DNA of 51,311 bases, the filler included, from Sphacelaria rigidula (taxonomy: Eukaryota): the NCBI GenBank assembly GCA_964200075.2. It is 3 parts of 3 records of this genome, joined end to end, with 100 filler letters (N's around TTAATTAATTAA, not from the genome) between each part and the next. Parts side by side here need not be neighbours in the genome. Positions count along the whole stretch, not along the records: positions 1 to 17,043 come from CAXNAA020001180.1; 2 more parts are not named here. One strand, 5' to 3'. Shown here one piece after another: positions 1 to 11,625 of this stretch. Numbering within the stretch: the stretch's first letter is position 1; each line of letters starts with the position of its first letter. The translations under genes and the position numbers were made by a program. A model generated the notes under the pieces. That model saw only the letters and a program-made list of their open reading frames with translations. It made no database searches and was not told the DNA's origin.

Positions 1-191
1 TAGCAGGATGCAGCTCACCCTTCATGCGACTCGCCGAACACACCACGGCGCTTGGCGCTTGGTGATTTTTGAGTGCGAGCCTGGTCCGGCGAAAACCCGG
101 CGTGCTCATGTCCCGGCTTTGTAGGTATGCGAAATCAAAGGTCTGATGACTATGGCATGCATGATCATGAGTACACAAGCACCTCCCCCCC
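1..191 (+). mobile_element. 3' part of a poly(C)-tailed SINE-like element
   Basis: Near-identical to 17144-17317 and the reverse complement of 33023-33200. Ends ...CATGAGTAC followed by a C-rich tail. Confidence 0.75.
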
Positions 192-482
192 AAAAAACAC
201 TCAGTCTGTTGTCAGGATTCAATAACAGCCATGCACGCATGTAGGCAGACAGACAGACAGGCAAGCACGCGTCTCGACGGCCCGTGCGATGGTTCATTGT
301 GTCGCTGTTCAGGGTTCAAGGAATGAACTAATATGAGTAATCAAATAGCACAAGTCATGTTCCAAACGTGTCGTGGTTCAATATGTCATGCGACAGCGCA
401 TGTGCCACCTCGCACGTTACGACTAACAACCCCTGTCGGTGATTGGGTGCGTCATGGCCGAATACCGCTTGGGACGGAGCAG

Positions 483-623
483 GTTTTGAGCGAGTTAGGC
501 CTACCCCGGAGTGGCTGGGAGGAGAGGCTGCTGCTGCAATGCCGAAGGAACATGGCTGTGCCGCCAAAGAGGGGACAGGCTGTTCTTTTCTACAACCAAC
601 ACCCGGATGGGCGAAAAGATATG
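483..623 (+). CDS. Prolyl 4-hydroxylase-like 2OG-Fe(II) dioxygenase, internal exon (upstream exons lie before the window)
   Basis: CTAAC branch-like motif at ~423 and CAG acceptor at 480-482. Encodes VLSELGLPRSGWEERLLLQCRRNMAVPPKRGQAVLFYNQHPDGRKDM; V-x-P-K-x-G-x-A-V-L-F-Y is typical of the P4H catalytic domain. Ends at phase 0 at a GCAAGT donor. Confidence 0.85.
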
Positions 624-950
624 GCAAGTACTGTACATGTGGCATATTTGGAGAAGGACAGGAGATGATGTGTTGGAGAGGGAAGGGAGGGTGTGGTGAG
701 TTGGTATGATAACATGGTGGTCATTTCAGAACAGTTTTAAGAACGATTCAACCATTTTTCAGTCGCCTAGACCGATCCCCTCAACAAGGGTGCTACCAAC
801 CGCACGCCAGTACCCATTCCATCCCCTCGATGTTTGGAAAAATTCATGATGGGCGAGGCCGTGGGGGGATACACCCGTTTGGAGTGGAGGTACCCCGCAC
901 ATGACCCGGATGGCAGCGATAGTAGGTCCTGCACCAGAAGAAATTCCGCG

Positions 951-2180
951 GGCAATACAAAAAAGGGGGTATATACCCTGATGTTTTTGGAACAAAGGTT
1001 ACGGCATTTTTTGTTTGGAGCACGGTGCTGCACGCGGGCTAAGCACCTCAAAAACATGTTACACCGCCGCAGCCCCGCGCTCAAGGTGCCTGGGCAGCAT
1101 GCCCGATATATTTTTTTTCTCACAGATGGTACCAGGCTCAACTACGGCACGGAAAAGGAAAGCCTGTTGGACTACCTTTTTTTGTCAACAAACCAGGAGG
1201 GTACATCCCACTCTCTGCTAAAAAATCATATCATAACCTTTTTGTTCAATCATGTACAGTACCCTTTTTGCTCAAGTGCAACGCCTTGTTTGTGAAGTGG
1301 TGACCCTAGCGCGGGCTCCGCAAAACATACGCCGGACAGTCACAACCATACCCCCTTTTTTTGTGAAATTATGTTCCACCAAGAAGGGTGAAATACAACG
1401 ACCAAGAAATTGTATCTCCATGCGGGTTGGCCCGCAGAGCCGGAAGATCCAACGATGCATCCAAAGCGCGAACACTTGCGTGGCGGGGATCACGAACATC
1501 CAACGAACATGTGTGAAAAAGTCTTGCCGACACACACACGCCTGAATGGCATCACGTTGCGTCAACATTTGGAACATCAGACCGTTGCGTTGTACCGGCA
1601 ATACTTTTCACACATGTTCGTTGGATCTTGGTGATCTCCGGCTCATGTGCGCTCGTGACCTGGATGCATCGTTGGATATTCCGGCTATGCGGGCCAACAA
1701 GCAGGGAGCTACAATTTCTTGATAGTTGGATTTCGGCCTTGGTGGAACATGATTTCACAAAAAAAAATGGGAATGGTGGTGACTGTCCGGCGTATGTTTT
1801 GCGGAGCCCGCGCTAGGGTCACCACTTCACCAACAAGGCTCTGCACTTGAGCAAAAAGGGTACTGTACATGAGTGAACAGGAAGGGTATGATATGAATTT
1901 TTAGCAGATATTAGGGTGTGTAGTATACCCTCCTGGTTTGTTGATGAGAAAGGGTAATCTACCAGCCTTTTTTTTTTCCGTGCCGTACGTAAACCTGATA
2001 CCACCTGTGAAACGAAAAAGAAAGAAAAAATGGTCGAGCATGCTGCCCAGGCGCGGTTGCGGCGCTGGTACGTGTCTTCGAGGTGTTCAGCCGGCGTGCA
2101 GCGCCGCGCCCCAAACAGAGAAATACGATACCCTTTCTTATTCCAAAAATTTGAGAGTATACCTCCGTTGTGTATTGTCC
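951..2180. mobile_element. ~1.2 kb foldback (long inverted repeat) non-autonomous element inside a P4H intron
   Basis: CCCTAGCGCGGGCTCCGCAAAACATACGCCGGACAGTCAC (~1303-1341) pairs with GTGACTGTCCGGCGTATGTTTTGCGGAGCCCGCGCTAGGG (~1779-1818). Similarity continues outward to ~951/2180, with the centre at ~1560. Confidence 0.8.
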
Positions 2181-2244
2181 TAGATTATGTCTGCAAGCTT
2201 AATTTTTTTCTTGTGTCCGTGCAGTAGACTAACTTCACAGGCAC

Positions 2245-2560
2245 CGTCGGTACGGTAGGTACCAGGTACCGGCATTTGGGACATCTCATACCCGACCGAT
2301 ACGGGTCCAATCGGGTTTTTTCACATGCCATACCTACGATACTGACGATACCACGGTCTTTCGAGATTTCAATACATACCGTACCCGCTCGATCGGGTCT
2401 TTTCAAATCTCATACCTGCGATACCCACGATACCACGGTATTTCGATATTTCATGTCCTACCGTACCCGCTCAATCCCGTATTTTCGAAACTTACACCTA
2501 CGATACCCACGCAAACCACAGTATGGATACCTCGGTTAAAACCGGGGATATACCCGGTGA
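2245..2560 (+). repeat. ~320 bp dispersed repeat with internal GATACC/CGTACC subrepeats, copy 1
   Basis: Shares ATTTGGGACATCTCATACCC...CCAATCGGG and downstream sequence with 3565-3880. Confidence 0.75.
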
Positions 2561-3564
2561 ATACCGGACGCGATGCACTCCCCACGGTGCAGCAGCTGGT
2601 TTCAACTTACGCAAAGCCAGATGATGTCGGGGCAGGTACGTCTTGGTATACAAGTAACTTATATCCAAATTCCCCCTGATTTTCGTGCTCGGATCAAATA
2701 GAATGAACTTATTATTATGTAGTCCGACGTGCGGTCGATTTTTTCTTCTCGATCTGACAGGTCCCCGCATTTCTATTCGTAGAAGGCTTCAACTCAAAGG
2801 TGTGACTAGTGGCGCGCGGAGAAAAACTACAAAACAACAGCAAAGTTTTTTCGATCGAAAACATGCGGTCGAAAGGCGTGAATCGGCATTTCACTCCTAT
2901 CTCACAGACCACCACGCCCGATAACACCCGTTGACAGCACCATGCAAACTCCATCCAACTCATTCTCAGCCACCACCGCAACCCTGCAGCACCGAGTGCG
3001 AGTTGAGCACAGGGATGGATGCACTGCAGCAGTTGGGTATGATTTTTTTTTTTTTGTTGGCGAAAACTTGCGCATCTCTTTTCATGGTCGTATCAGCGAC
3101 GGAACCGCGTGGTACGGTGGGCAACCGAGTTGCGTACACGCTGATGCACAGTGCAGGCAGTACAAAGCTGCACGTTGTTGAAGTCTTTTTCATGTCGCAT
3201 TGTAAGCAGGGAGAGCCGATAGTCCTGGGCTGTCTGTACTGCACGTTGCCCGCTTCTCTTCAGAATCCTTCTGTACGAAATACGCACACACGCACTCAAG
3301 GCACACTGCTTGAGAGCAGTGCAGACAGTACAGACTGTCTGTACTGTACACGAGTGACCATGTACCGTTTCACGAATTTCACTGTCTTCTTTCGATCGAA
3401 AGTTGAAAATTCGCGTAGACCCAACTCGACAATAATCAAGTTGATCGATTTTCGCTCAAATCAGTTCCACCGCCCGGTTCCTTCGATCGACAAAAAAAGG
3501 GCTAAGACATGTCCTGAAACGCTTCACCGCACTGCCGGACGACAGTTTTGAAATCGGTATAGAA

Positions 3565-3880
3565 GGTAAGGCAGGTACCCGGTACTGGTATTTGGGACAT
3601 CTCATACCCTACCGATACCGACCCAATCGGGTATTTTCAAATGTCATACTTACGATACTTGCGATACCACGGTATTTCGAGATACCAGTACGTACCGTAC
3701 CTGTCCGATCTGGTATTTTCAAATGTCATAGTTACGATGCCACGGTATTCCGAGATTGCAATATCTACTGTACCCGCTCAATCAGGTATTTTCAAAATTC
3801 GTATCTACGATCCCCACGCATACCACGGGATGGGATACCCCAATAAATACCGAGGGTATGCGCCTTACGGTACCTTACTT
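3565..3880 (+). repeat. ~320 bp dispersed repeat, copy 2 (same orientation)
   Basis: Colinear with 2245-2560. The ORF-track peptides MGHLIPDRYG and MGHLIPYRYR reflect this homology. Confidence 0.75.
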
Positions 3881-4376
3881 ACGGTTCCCGTGATTATTTC
3901 ATTATTTTGCAAACTCAATGTGTAGTGCAGTATACTGAATAGAAGATAATCGCCGCAGTCGTACTTGTATTTATTTTTTTCTACGACATTGACCGGCCAT
4001 TGAGCGAGCGGAGCGCCTCTTAACGTGTCTTGTGAGCAGAATCACGCCTGTGGGTGTCCGTCACCTCGAAAAGTGAGGTCATCCCGGTGATGGTACACTC
4101 TGGTTTCGTCCCAGGTAGCCAAGCTAGCAACGATTTTTCCTACGCATGGAGCTTCGAAGACTTCATCTTCCTCCCCCCCCCAAAAAAAAAAAAAAGAAGA
4201 GAAGAAAATGGCCAAGAAATCTAACTCCTCTGATTTGTGTGCGCGCATTTGCTTTGTCCAAAGGAATGGTTTCACTGTGTACATCCGGTATTAAATGCGC
4301 AAATCTCCTCTAAGCCTGATTGCCGTGGCGTTCTAGTTTGAACACATATGGACCCCGTTCCTTTGTTGTCTGGCAG

Positions 4377-4547
4377 GCGGTGGAGCACGGAGCGTGTCCT
4401 GTGATCAGCGGCCAGAAGTGGGCCGCAAACTTGTGGGTGTGGAATGGCCCACGTTATGGCTTGTCCAGCGTCGACCCTGAGACGGGCAGGACTGTGGGAC
4501 TTGGCCACGGCAAGGCTAAGGAGGCTCAAAGTGACAACAACTTCAAG
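4377..4547 (+). CDS. P4H-like gene exon carrying the distal Fe-binding His and the 2OG-binding Lys
   Basis: CAG acceptor at 4374-4376 and GTATGT donor at 4548. 171 nt encoding AVEHGACPVISGQKWAANLWVWNGPRYG..., matching the P4H motif H-G-x-C-P-V-x-x-G-x-K-W. Confidence 0.92.
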
Positions 4548-5952
4548 GTATGTGCGCAGTTGAGAAGGCCAATTCACTCGAATAAAGCGAGCATTTGATA
4601 CTACAGTGTAGGCATGCGCAATAGCCGCGAAATTGGACCCTTGGACTGCAGAGCAGAGGTCGTTTTGTCCGTCCGTTGAATCCTAGTGTCCCCCCTCCCC
4701 CACGACGAAGTGGTGTCATGTACGAATATTCCTGTAGGGTGGATCTGAAGATCCGTGATTGAATTCGTATTCGAAGGGCCAATTGACTCGGTGGTTGTTC
4801 ACGAGTGCACCGTTGTCTCTTGTTGTGTAGCGTACTTGTACGAGATTGGCCCGCTTCTTGTGCTGGTTAGAAGAAGTGCCTGTCACAGAAGTCTAGTTTG
4901 GCGGTTCAGGGCTGATTTTCGCCGATTTATCGGCCCCGGTGGTTTGTGCAAACTCGGAAAGATATACGGGACTCTCAGAGAGAATTTTATCGCACTTTTC
5001 CGATCTTTGATGTGCCCAGATTAATAATGAGTCAAATGATCCCCCCCACAAACGTGTCCTTTGTCAGATCTCCAAGGTTTTCATGGGTTATTTGCGAAAT
5101 CTTTTTCCGGCCAGAAGTCATGTGGGCACACTAAGATGGGGAAAGTGTGATACTATCCTACCGCAGAGTGCAGGAAGGCTTTCCGCGGCGGCACAACCTG
5201 CCAAGCTCCGTATTCCAGCGAAAAATTGTCCTGAATCGCCGAAGTATACTTGTTTGAAAATATTGTTTTTCGTAGCTCAAGAACCGGCCTCAGTTCCCAC
5301 AAAAAGTGAGGGAGTGGGCTAGGCGCTTGTTTGGCAGCACGCACTCGGTGTAGGTTGGGTTGTTCCGGCCCGGCTTACTTGCTTGCCTTGCTTGCTTGTT
5401 GTCTGTGTCTTCCGTTTGATGTCCATCTCCTCCCTTTTTCTATATCACCAATGTTCCCTGTTGCTTGTGATGAATTCTCTGCCGGTTCCTAGGCATGTCA
5501 GTGTTTGGAGTCACTTTTCATGTCGGCTTGTGTTGTGTGCAGACGACGGCTAATTTCGCCTGTTCTCATATCTTCTTGAATGCTGGGTTATCGGCTAGCA
5601 GTGATGTGTTGAGTTCCGGTTACGGCTGAGTTGTTTCGTCTCAACTGTTATCTTGCTTCGTGTCGTATACTTTTCGTGATGTTGCTGTGTGTGTGTGTGT
5701 GTGTGTGTGAAGAGCAAGACTAGTTCGTTTTTCTCGTCATAACCGATACAAACACATGCAAAAACGCTATATTGAGCTGAATCTCGTCCGTTTATTCGCA
5801 CATGCCAGCTGTCTCCACTCGGTTCACGTGTCGCCGTCTCGTCACGGATGGCCCGTACGAGTACAGAATGCAGCCACCTATTTTTTCGTTCGTGGCCCGT
5901 ATGATGATACCGCACGCCTTGTGTGTGCATGCCTTTTTTTTCTCATGTGCAG

Positions 5953-6045
5953 ATCACGGCCGACTTCATCAACGTAGACGTTGAGGGTGCGTCCCTGTTG
6001 TTTTGGGATCAACCATGGGCCGGCGGGGAATGGAACATCGGGCAG
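5953..6045 (+). CDS. P4H-like gene exon, first half of a C-terminal VHL-beta-like domain
   Basis: Pyrimidine tract plus CAG at 5950-5952. Encodes ITADFINVDVEGASLLFWDQPWAGGEWNIGQ, phase 0 at both ends. Donor is CAG|GCGAGT; an alternative GT donor lies at 6055. Confidence 0.75.
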
Positions 6046-6594
6046 GCGAGTGCCGTACGTGATTCATTTCAACTCCCTGCCGTCTCAGCAGGTCCCATAA
6101 AGAGTCATGTGTGTTTCGAGAAACCGTCCCTTCAAGTTTCGATAGTTCACGAGGACATTGGTGAGGGCATGGGATACTACGGTGTCACCTAATTTCTGAG
6201 CGGTTGAGCTTAAAGTTGGACCTGAGAGGAATAGCTAGTTGTGCTGACGCTGAAATTGTTTTCCCGCTCTTTTCACAGAAGTGCGACGTGTTTGTCCACT
6301 GTACTGTGTACTGTGTGCCCTCGCCCCTACTATTTTGCATGTGTTGTTATGTGTTGTAACTTCTGCGTACCTGTCACACATGGCGAGGTGCGGTCGTTAA
6401 CACATGAAGCATCAAACAGATGCAGTCCGTAGAAATACGTGATAGGACACCAGGTAAGCTTGCGTCGACCTCTGCTTGTTTCATGGCCCCTCTTGACCCT
6501 CTTGACATCAAGGGAGCACCTTATATCGATGCCTTTTTCCCCGTGTGTGCATCCGTGCTTCTGTTGTTAACTTTGCGTTCGCTGGAAATCACAG

Positions 6595-6729
6595 AAACAC
6601 ACGATCAACACCTTTTTGACGCACCGATGGGTGGTGAAGGTGCATGACACGGTGGTGCAGGAGTGGCTCATATCTGAAAAACAAGCCAAGCAGACGTTCG
6701 TTCTCTCCAAGGAAATGTTGAACAAGTGA
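6595..6729 (+). CDS. P4H-like gene terminal exon, second half of the VHL-beta-like domain
   Basis: CAG acceptor at 6592-6594. Encodes KHTINTFLTHRWVVKVHDTVVQEWLISEKQAKQTFVLSKEMLNK*, a 135-nt phase-0 frame absent from the ORF track. Confidence 0.75.
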   Translation, partial: KHTINTFLTHRWVVKVHDTVVQEWLISEKQAKQTFVLSKEMLNK

Positions 6730-9700
6730 TGATTTTATCAACGACCATTTCCCGTGCGGGTCGAGACGCACTTGATGGCATTCAACAAAACCCTTACGGC
6801 ACTGTCCTCCAAGAAATCTCGAGGGACAAGAAAGTGATGGGCGGTTCCAGAGCTGCAACGTTAAACGTTGCCAGAAGGCCAGAAGAACCGAGAACGTTTT
6901 CACCCCGTCATGCGGGTTGAGTTAAGTGCGTGGTCATTGAAAGTTGTAAGATTTGAAGCTTGAGATCAGAGAGCCTGCGTGTTCTGACACGGTGAAACAT
7001 ATCCTGCGAGTTACAAGGCAGTGAATAACTGATGACGGAGGCGTTTGGTTGAGTATGTTTCGCGATGTTGGTTGTTGTGGTTCAACCAATTTTTGCTGGG
7101 TTTTTATACGTATTCGTGGTATCGTTGATGGAAGGTTCCGTAGGAAGAACGTTATGCATCTGTAATGTTGAATGCTCTGAGGGCGGTGCCGTTACCTTTA
7201 GACGCCCTTTGACGATCCCTTTTACTCCCGACAGAACGGGGGAGTGAGAAGTCTACCCAATGAAAAACTTCGTGTATCTGGAAATACCTGTGCCGTACTC
7301 CGTAGATAGGGAGAGCTTGTCGCCTTGTATGAGTATTTTTTTCATCGACAATAGGTTCCTTGCAGCAGTCGACAAGGGGATGAAGCATCATTCCTCTAGT
7401 AAGGTAGGTCATGCACCGGAAGTTGCCGGTACGATTGTATGGTCGGATGATGGCAACTTGGTGTGGAAGCAGAGTGTCGGAAGAGCGAATCACGCTACTG
7501 CCTGTGTGATGGTGGATGCGGACACTGTAAGATGGCGTATGCAGTCTATCCTGTTTGTGGTGTTCTGTACACGTACAGGACCCAGTGTCGAGGGTGGTGA
7601 ATGCGTGGTGTACAGGGCATATCCGAAGCGTTTGCTGCTTCATGTTTTTTTTGGTAGCGTCCAAATTGCCTCCCGGAGCGTCTAATATGCACTGGTACCG
7701 GTACTTGTACAGCTAATCTTTTAATGGTAGCGTTGAATAGGCGAGTAAACGTTTTGATTATTCGTGACATGTCTTATTAGGTGTGCCCCGCCGTCACGCT
7801 CCGTGGGCAACACCAGATGCGCGGGACAATAAACCCAGCGACTCTCAGGAGCGATTACATGTGTAGGGTTGAAGTCAGTGTTCATTTGCTGGGCAATATT
7901 GAGGTTGAGCCGCGGCGCTCGTACCGTTCGCGAGAAACACAAGCGCAACAACCAGTCAAAATATTTGTCTTCTGGATGCATCTGGAAAGGTCGTGCGGAA
8001 GGTAAATGGTGCCTCTATTTCACAATGTTCTGTAGCTGTAGTCATGACCGTAGCTTGCTGGGCCACTCTTCGGGTTCTTTATTTTCGGAATCTTCAAGTG
8101 AGAGTTTGTGACAATTCATGAGGAACGACTCTAGAAGGGTGTCTCATGAAAACAAACTGGACTACTCGTCGCGAGAAGGAGCCGCAGAATTGATCTTCTT
8201 GGGCCAACTCGTTCGTTTTGCGCGTTTCGGGTAGGAGCGAATTTGCCCGTGGATGGCGAGAAAATACGGCAACCAGCAGCAAAAAGTACGCGTCACGTAT
8301 ATGTTACTCACATGTTGATGTGAGATACCATGCGCCTCCTACAGCGCCCGATAGCCCAACCCGGACTCCCCAATCAGCTTATTTATCGTGTATATTCTTG
8401 TCTGGTTTTGGACAACGGCGACGCTCCGCCCCTGACTTGTGTCGCGAAAAAGTTGTGACGAACTTTCACGCAGATGGCCACTGCGCGCTCAATATCCCAC
8501 CACAAAGTCACCGGAAGTAAGCGTCTCATACTGCGATGGACTTCAGCAATTCTTCAGGTCTCGAGGCGTCGGGTGTGAGTGTAGGTGACATGCGTTGAAA
8601 CGTCGGGCACGCTTCCCACGGTGGCACATCAGCTTCAGCTTCAAGGGTCACACATCGCAACCTTTGGGCTTGTGTTTGATTCAGACTTCCACGACAGTTT
8701 GCGCCGCACTCTCGGCTTTTCATTGTCCTTCGAGGCCTTTACGGCAGTTTTGTTCGAACCTGTTCGGCAAAATTCACTAAACAGGGAGAGCAAAGCAATG
8801 AGGAACCTGAGTGAGGTACTGTCAGACCAACGATTTTTCAGTCAATCTGGATGCGGTTCTCAGGAAATTTCGACGCTCAAGAAAAATTGCGTCCCACTGT
8901 GGGACAAAAAATCCCGGACAATTTGTATCTCACTCCCTAGAAGAGTGAAAATACAGAAACCTGAGAACTGGGCTCACTTTTCCGAGGTACATTACCCCTC
9001 AGAACTGGGTGTTTGTAATCTTGCAAGGGTCGGACAAATCGTTGATTCGCCTGGAAATTACTTGGTTTTAGTATACTTGATTCGAATCGTACGAATCAAT
9101 GCGTAGGCTTTGTTTTCAGCGTTACAACCCAGGTGCATGCAACCCAGACACGTGGAATGGCGCAAAAGTTGCGTGGGTACCCCTTGGACCAGCGGTCACT
9201 TTTTTTCTCCCTTTTGGGGAATCAGGCCGAAGAAATTGTGAATTTGGTGATTCGAACTCGTGATGATTCGTCCTGACCGTGTAATCTTGGGTACTTTGCC
9301 CATCTAGCCACCCTATGCACACCACTACATTTACGGCGATTGGTACTTGTTGCGTCCCGCTCGGCACAAGATATTTGTAATGGGCGCACAGTGGTGCTGT
9401 CTTATCAACGTTGATGATGTCATGATGAGTTTTTTTCTATGTTGTATCGTTCGTGATAAGCAAAGCCCTGTGTCCGCAGCCCCACATTTATTCCTGTGCT
9501 GTAGCTGACACTTTTGTAGTGTGATGGTGCGTTTGGAATGTGCATAGACGGTTTGATTTGCGCTTGGGGCTGCTCGAGCTGCTACACTGCTGCGGTGTCC
9601 CGGTCGGCATAAAAATTGTAGCCGGCAAACAATGTCTTTGCACACCGTTGAAAACGGCGATGTTGTGTGTTGGCTGTTGTGTCTGCTTCGTGTCCACCCC

Positions 9701-9999
9701 CGTGCTAGTTTCCTTGACACAGTAAGTGTCGCGGCACTGACTACTACTACTACTGTACTGTGGTGCGTTTGAACCCTACAAACACAGTTGAATCTGCGCT
9801 GGAGACTTCCTGAGCTGCTGCTGTGTTCCGGTCTGTACAGGAATGGGGGTGGTAACAAGGTGCCGTCGCTACCATGTTGAAAAGGTTACGAGAGGGCTAT
9901 GCAGCCGTTGTGTCTTTTTCACGACGTAAGTGCTGTTGAACGGATGCGAAACTCTTCGTCTTCGGATCTCTTCTGCCATGTGAGGCTTGATATATTGGA

Positions 10000-10225
10000 C
10001 GCATTCACGACATTCGACTTGATGGCCGACGAGGGAAAGGGACTGCTGAACCCCTCTCTCGATAAAAAATAAAAGCCAAGCACCGAAGAAGGAAGGTGCA
10101 GAACTACAAAGAGGGGAAAAGCTGCTTTGTTGGCTTTCCTCTTGTGTGACCCCGGCCGGTGCGCCCACATATACCGAAAGGTGAAGACCGGCGTCCACAA
10201 TAAATGGGACAGCTCACACACACAA
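10000..10225 (+). mobile_element. 3' portion of the tRNA-derived SINE family, with short (CA)n tail
   Basis: Reverse complement aligns with 23350-23570 (e.g. GGGCGCA...GTCACACA.GAGGAA.G.CAACA). Followed by CACACACA. Confidence 0.65.
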
Positions 10226-10553
10226 ACCACCTTCATGCATTCTTCATCCTTCCAAGATCCGTCACACATTATTACTGGATCCCCAACACTAAAATAAATA
10301 AATTTCATACGAGTACCGAAAAATGCCCATGATAACAATAATTAATTGGTCACCACATTTTCGCAATTTCCGTCGCGTATTCTCGCTAGCCGTTTGCCGG
10401 CAACACACGCCCTGAGAGGAAATGTGTAATGTGGCCAGCAAGTGCATGTGTCTCGCAAACGACAAAGTTTGACTTGGCACAACAAAAACGTGGCAAATGT
10501 GAGAGAGTATATTCTTTACAATAACGCAGAACTCGTGACCACCAGGCCGGGTG

Positions 10554-10720
10554 GATCATCCGGATCCGACATATGTTTTCCCTCGAAATGGTGCCCTTGA
10601 ACAGGTGACTGACCTAACCCAGCCCAGCGGTCGGAGGGTCAAGCCTTCAACCGATAGGTTCAATCATCTATCTGGGTCTTACAGCTATTTCGAGGGAAGA
10701 TGAGCCGATCCAGCTGATGG
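10554..10720. mobile_element. Small MITE-like hairpin element
   Basis: TTCCCTCGAAAT (~10578) pairs with ATTTCGAGGGAA (~10687), with degenerate flanking symmetry. Confidence 0.45.
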
Positions 10721-10989
10721 TTAGTCACCCCGACGATCGAGAAACACTACTTGTAGGACCATTCGTTCATGTCTGGAACAACTGAATAGTGGGTATACAG
10801 TAAACGGAGGAATTGCAAGGTAACCTGAAAGTAGTAGTGTTGCATCACATACTTCCCTTATGTGGTAACGATAGTCACGCACCACCAATCCACGAGACGC
10901 CCCGCTACTTGCGCCAACGACGTGTCTCCGGGGGAGACGGCCCGACCACCGATAAAGAAGCACCTAAATAGGTTCTCTGCTACCGTACA

Positions 10990-11240
10990 GCCGTCTCGGG
11001 GCCGCCATGCGATCGGATCGATCGCTGCACGGCCTTATCATCACTCGGTAACTTCATTTCGTGTCATCACTTTATGACGTCATATACCTTGTATTATCTG
11101 GCCTAGTAACGGTAGTAGGGGACGGATAAATTCAGCCGTCCCGGCGGCGCCGCGCTATCTGATTGATTACTACGCGGTTTGGTCGATCATCAGGGAGCTT
11201 CGCTTCCCGCCATCACTTTATGAAGTGTATACATCCTATC
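10990..11240 (+). repeat. Diverged tandem duplication, period ~145 bp
   Basis: CAGCCGTCYCGG...CATCACTTTATGA.GT.ATAC occurs at ~10988-11088 and again at ~11133-11235. Confidence 0.55.
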
Positions 11241-11407
11241 ATATGGCCTGGTGGCCGCAGTAGGGACCGATTGACATCAGAATCAAGGTATCTGAGTTCT
11301 TGCCCTTGTCATGGAAATTGAAGTTGGCATGCACGACCCTGACACAACTAAAGAACAATAACAGCCATATCTTTCTCGCTATTATAGGAATAGGGGGTTG
11401 GCACCTA

Positions 11408-11625
11408 GGACCTGAAATTTGAAGAGAGGTAAGGGCGAATCGACCACTGGCAGACCGTGACTGGGGAGTTTTCCTCCTTCCCACATCCCGTTCCTCTACA
11501 GAAAAAGGCGGATCTTCCCCGCCGGAAATCCAACCTAACTCCAAAACAAGAATGAAGTGAGAGAAACCATGTTTATTTGTGGCCTTCAAATGGTCGATTC
11601 GTACCTCTCTTCAATTTTCAGGTCC
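11408..11625. mobile_element. Tc1/mariner-type MITE (TA-flanked, ~38-bp TIRs)
   Basis: TA|GGACCTGAAATTTGAAGAGAGGTA...CGAATCGACCA at the left end and TGGTCGATTCGTACCTCTCTTCAATTTTCAGGTCC|TA at the right end. Confidence 0.75.

Noticed and set aside
7260-7685. 141-aa ATG ORF downstream of the P4H stop
   Set aside because: No recognisable motif or splice support; likely 3' UTR or intergenic.
8526-9850. Possible small minus-strand exons (e.g. SNKTAVKASKDNEKPRVRRKLSWKSE) and a 173-aa plus-strand ORF
   Set aside because: Could not build a phase-consistent model or recognise a domain; needs RNA-seq.
9869-10338. Minus-strand ORFs (109 and 139 aa) that looked like a terminal exon
   Set aside because: The apparent acceptor and much of the frame lie within SINE sequence homologous to 23350-23570.
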